From assembly GCA_017550315.1 (NCBI GenBank), contig JAFZPN010000058.1, positions 4,793 through 68,792 of the forward strand: 64,000 bases of DNA. Direction: 5' to 3'. Both the position numbers and the translations under genes were made by a program. This DNA comes from Clostridia bacterium (GTDB lineage: Bacteria > Bacillota > Clostridia > Oscillospirales > CAG-272). The stretch's first letter is position 1, and each line of letters starts with the position of its first letter. Of this stretch, positions 63,482-64,000 are shown piece after piece. The notes beneath the pieces are model-generated. The model saw nothing but the letters and a program-made list of their open reading frames with translations, was not told where the DNA came from and searched no databases.

Positions 63482-64000
63482 TTACCGCAAAAATGTCATC
63501 CCGTCCATGCGGGCGGTGAAATCTTCGGCGGCGTAATATCGGACCTCGACTTCATGGGTGCCGGCGGCCGGACGCTCGAGAGTGCCGCGGACCTCCGCAT
63601 AGGATTCGCACGGCGGGATCTTCGCGCATCCCGCGTACTGCCCGTCGAGATAGATCTCCGCCCGGCACGGCCCGCCCGCCCGAACGCGCAGGGAGAAACA
63701 CGCGCAGGGCTCCCCGAAGCAGACGGAGCGGAAGAGCGCGCGATCCCCGCATCGGATCTGTGTGAGCGCGGCGCCGAACAGGGAGTCCCCGTCCCCGGCG
63801 ATCCGGACACTTCCGCCAAGCTCCGCCGCGCGGCATGCCGGGATGATCTCGCCGTCATGCAGGATCCCGGAGCGCATCTTCACCTCACGGATCGAGCCGT
63901 CGTCCTCGAAGAAGATCGGCTCCGCGCAGACATGGCGGGAGGAGACGCTCGCGTGGGTGGAGCGGTGATAGAAGACATACCACTGGCCCCGGAATTCGCA
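63482..64000 (-). CDS. C-terminal part of a GH43-like glycoside hydrolase with a terminal CBM6-like module (gene continues past the window end)
   Basis: The frame is open from the window edge. EFRGQWYVFYHRSTHASVSSRHVCAEPIFFEDDGSIREV is typical of the end of a GH43 propeller. It is followed by a beta-sandwich of about 130 aa (EIYLDGQYAG...HEVEVRYY). Confidence 0.6.
   Translation of the reverse strand, partial: CEFRGQWYVFYHRSTHASVSSRHVCAEPIFFEDDGSIREVKMRSGILHDGEIIPACRAAELGGSVRIAGDGDSLFGAALTQIRCGDRALFRSVCFGEPCACFSLRVRAGGPCRAEIYLDGQYAGCAKIPPCESYAEVRGTLERPAAGTHEVEVRYYAAEDFTARMDGMTFLR

Overview
High-GC segment (about 60-65% by eye, with AT-richer patches). It looks like a spore-forming, S-layer-bearing, Clostridia-type gut anaerobe; this is inferred from SLH domains, CotH, SpoIIE/RsbW-type genes, GGAGG ribosome-binding sites and TGnTATAAT promoters. 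I can support about 52 protein-coding genes, including 2 edge fragments and 1 frame-broken gene. I saw no rRNA, tRNA, CRISPR array, transposase or integrase.

Layout:
(i) 0-11 kb: signal-peptide-less glycan-processing genes (GH20-like, beta-helix enzyme, AraC regulator, URO-D-like protein, orphan lipoprotein SBP, beta-propeller GH), plus a 1247-aa LTD-CotH-RCC1 protein.
(ii) 11.2-13.4 kb: sugar-phosphate isomerase and L-serine dehydratase.
(iii) 13.5-22.4 kb: an eight-gene MacB/FtsX-type ABC cluster. It has two tandem copies of [long FtsX permease + ectodomain-less short FtsX permease + ATPase], then an AT-richer [double-FtsX permease + ATPase] pair.
(iv) 22.5-24.3 kb: two convergent paralogous XRE regulators.
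(v) 24.5-31.7 kb: heparinase II/III-like protein, GH29 fucosidase, a sigma-region-4-only mini protein, a mini M50 protease, and a BNR sialidase-like protein with two phosphatases.
(vi) 31.9-36.4 kb: a translationally coupled operon of MATE transporter fused to a degenerate GHKL domain / GNAT / sensor SpoIIE-PP2C phosphatase / RsbW-like kinase. No STAS protein or sigma factor is present.
(vii) 36.6-42.9 kb: a surface operon with a 1709-aa beta-helix repeat protein, an SLH anchor-only protein, and an unannotated 57-codon gene for a double-glycine-leader peptide.
(viii) 43-51 kb: NSS transporter, MBL lipoprotein, an SLH protein whose start is cut off by an A7 frameshift, GNAT, a double zinc-ribbon protein and a lipoprotein.
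(ix) 51.5-58 kb: a MoxR/DUF58/BatA-like/VWA operon.
(x) 58-64 kb: CASTOR-like RCK channel, a polar amino-acid ABC transporter coupled to a DapF-like epimerase, and a GH43-like fragment.

Best candidates for new biology are the GG-leader peptide and the C-terminal tail it shares with the SLH protein, the MATE-linked partner-switching operon, and the asymmetric long/short FtsX ABC modules. All functional calls rest on motif recognition by eye; no database search was run.
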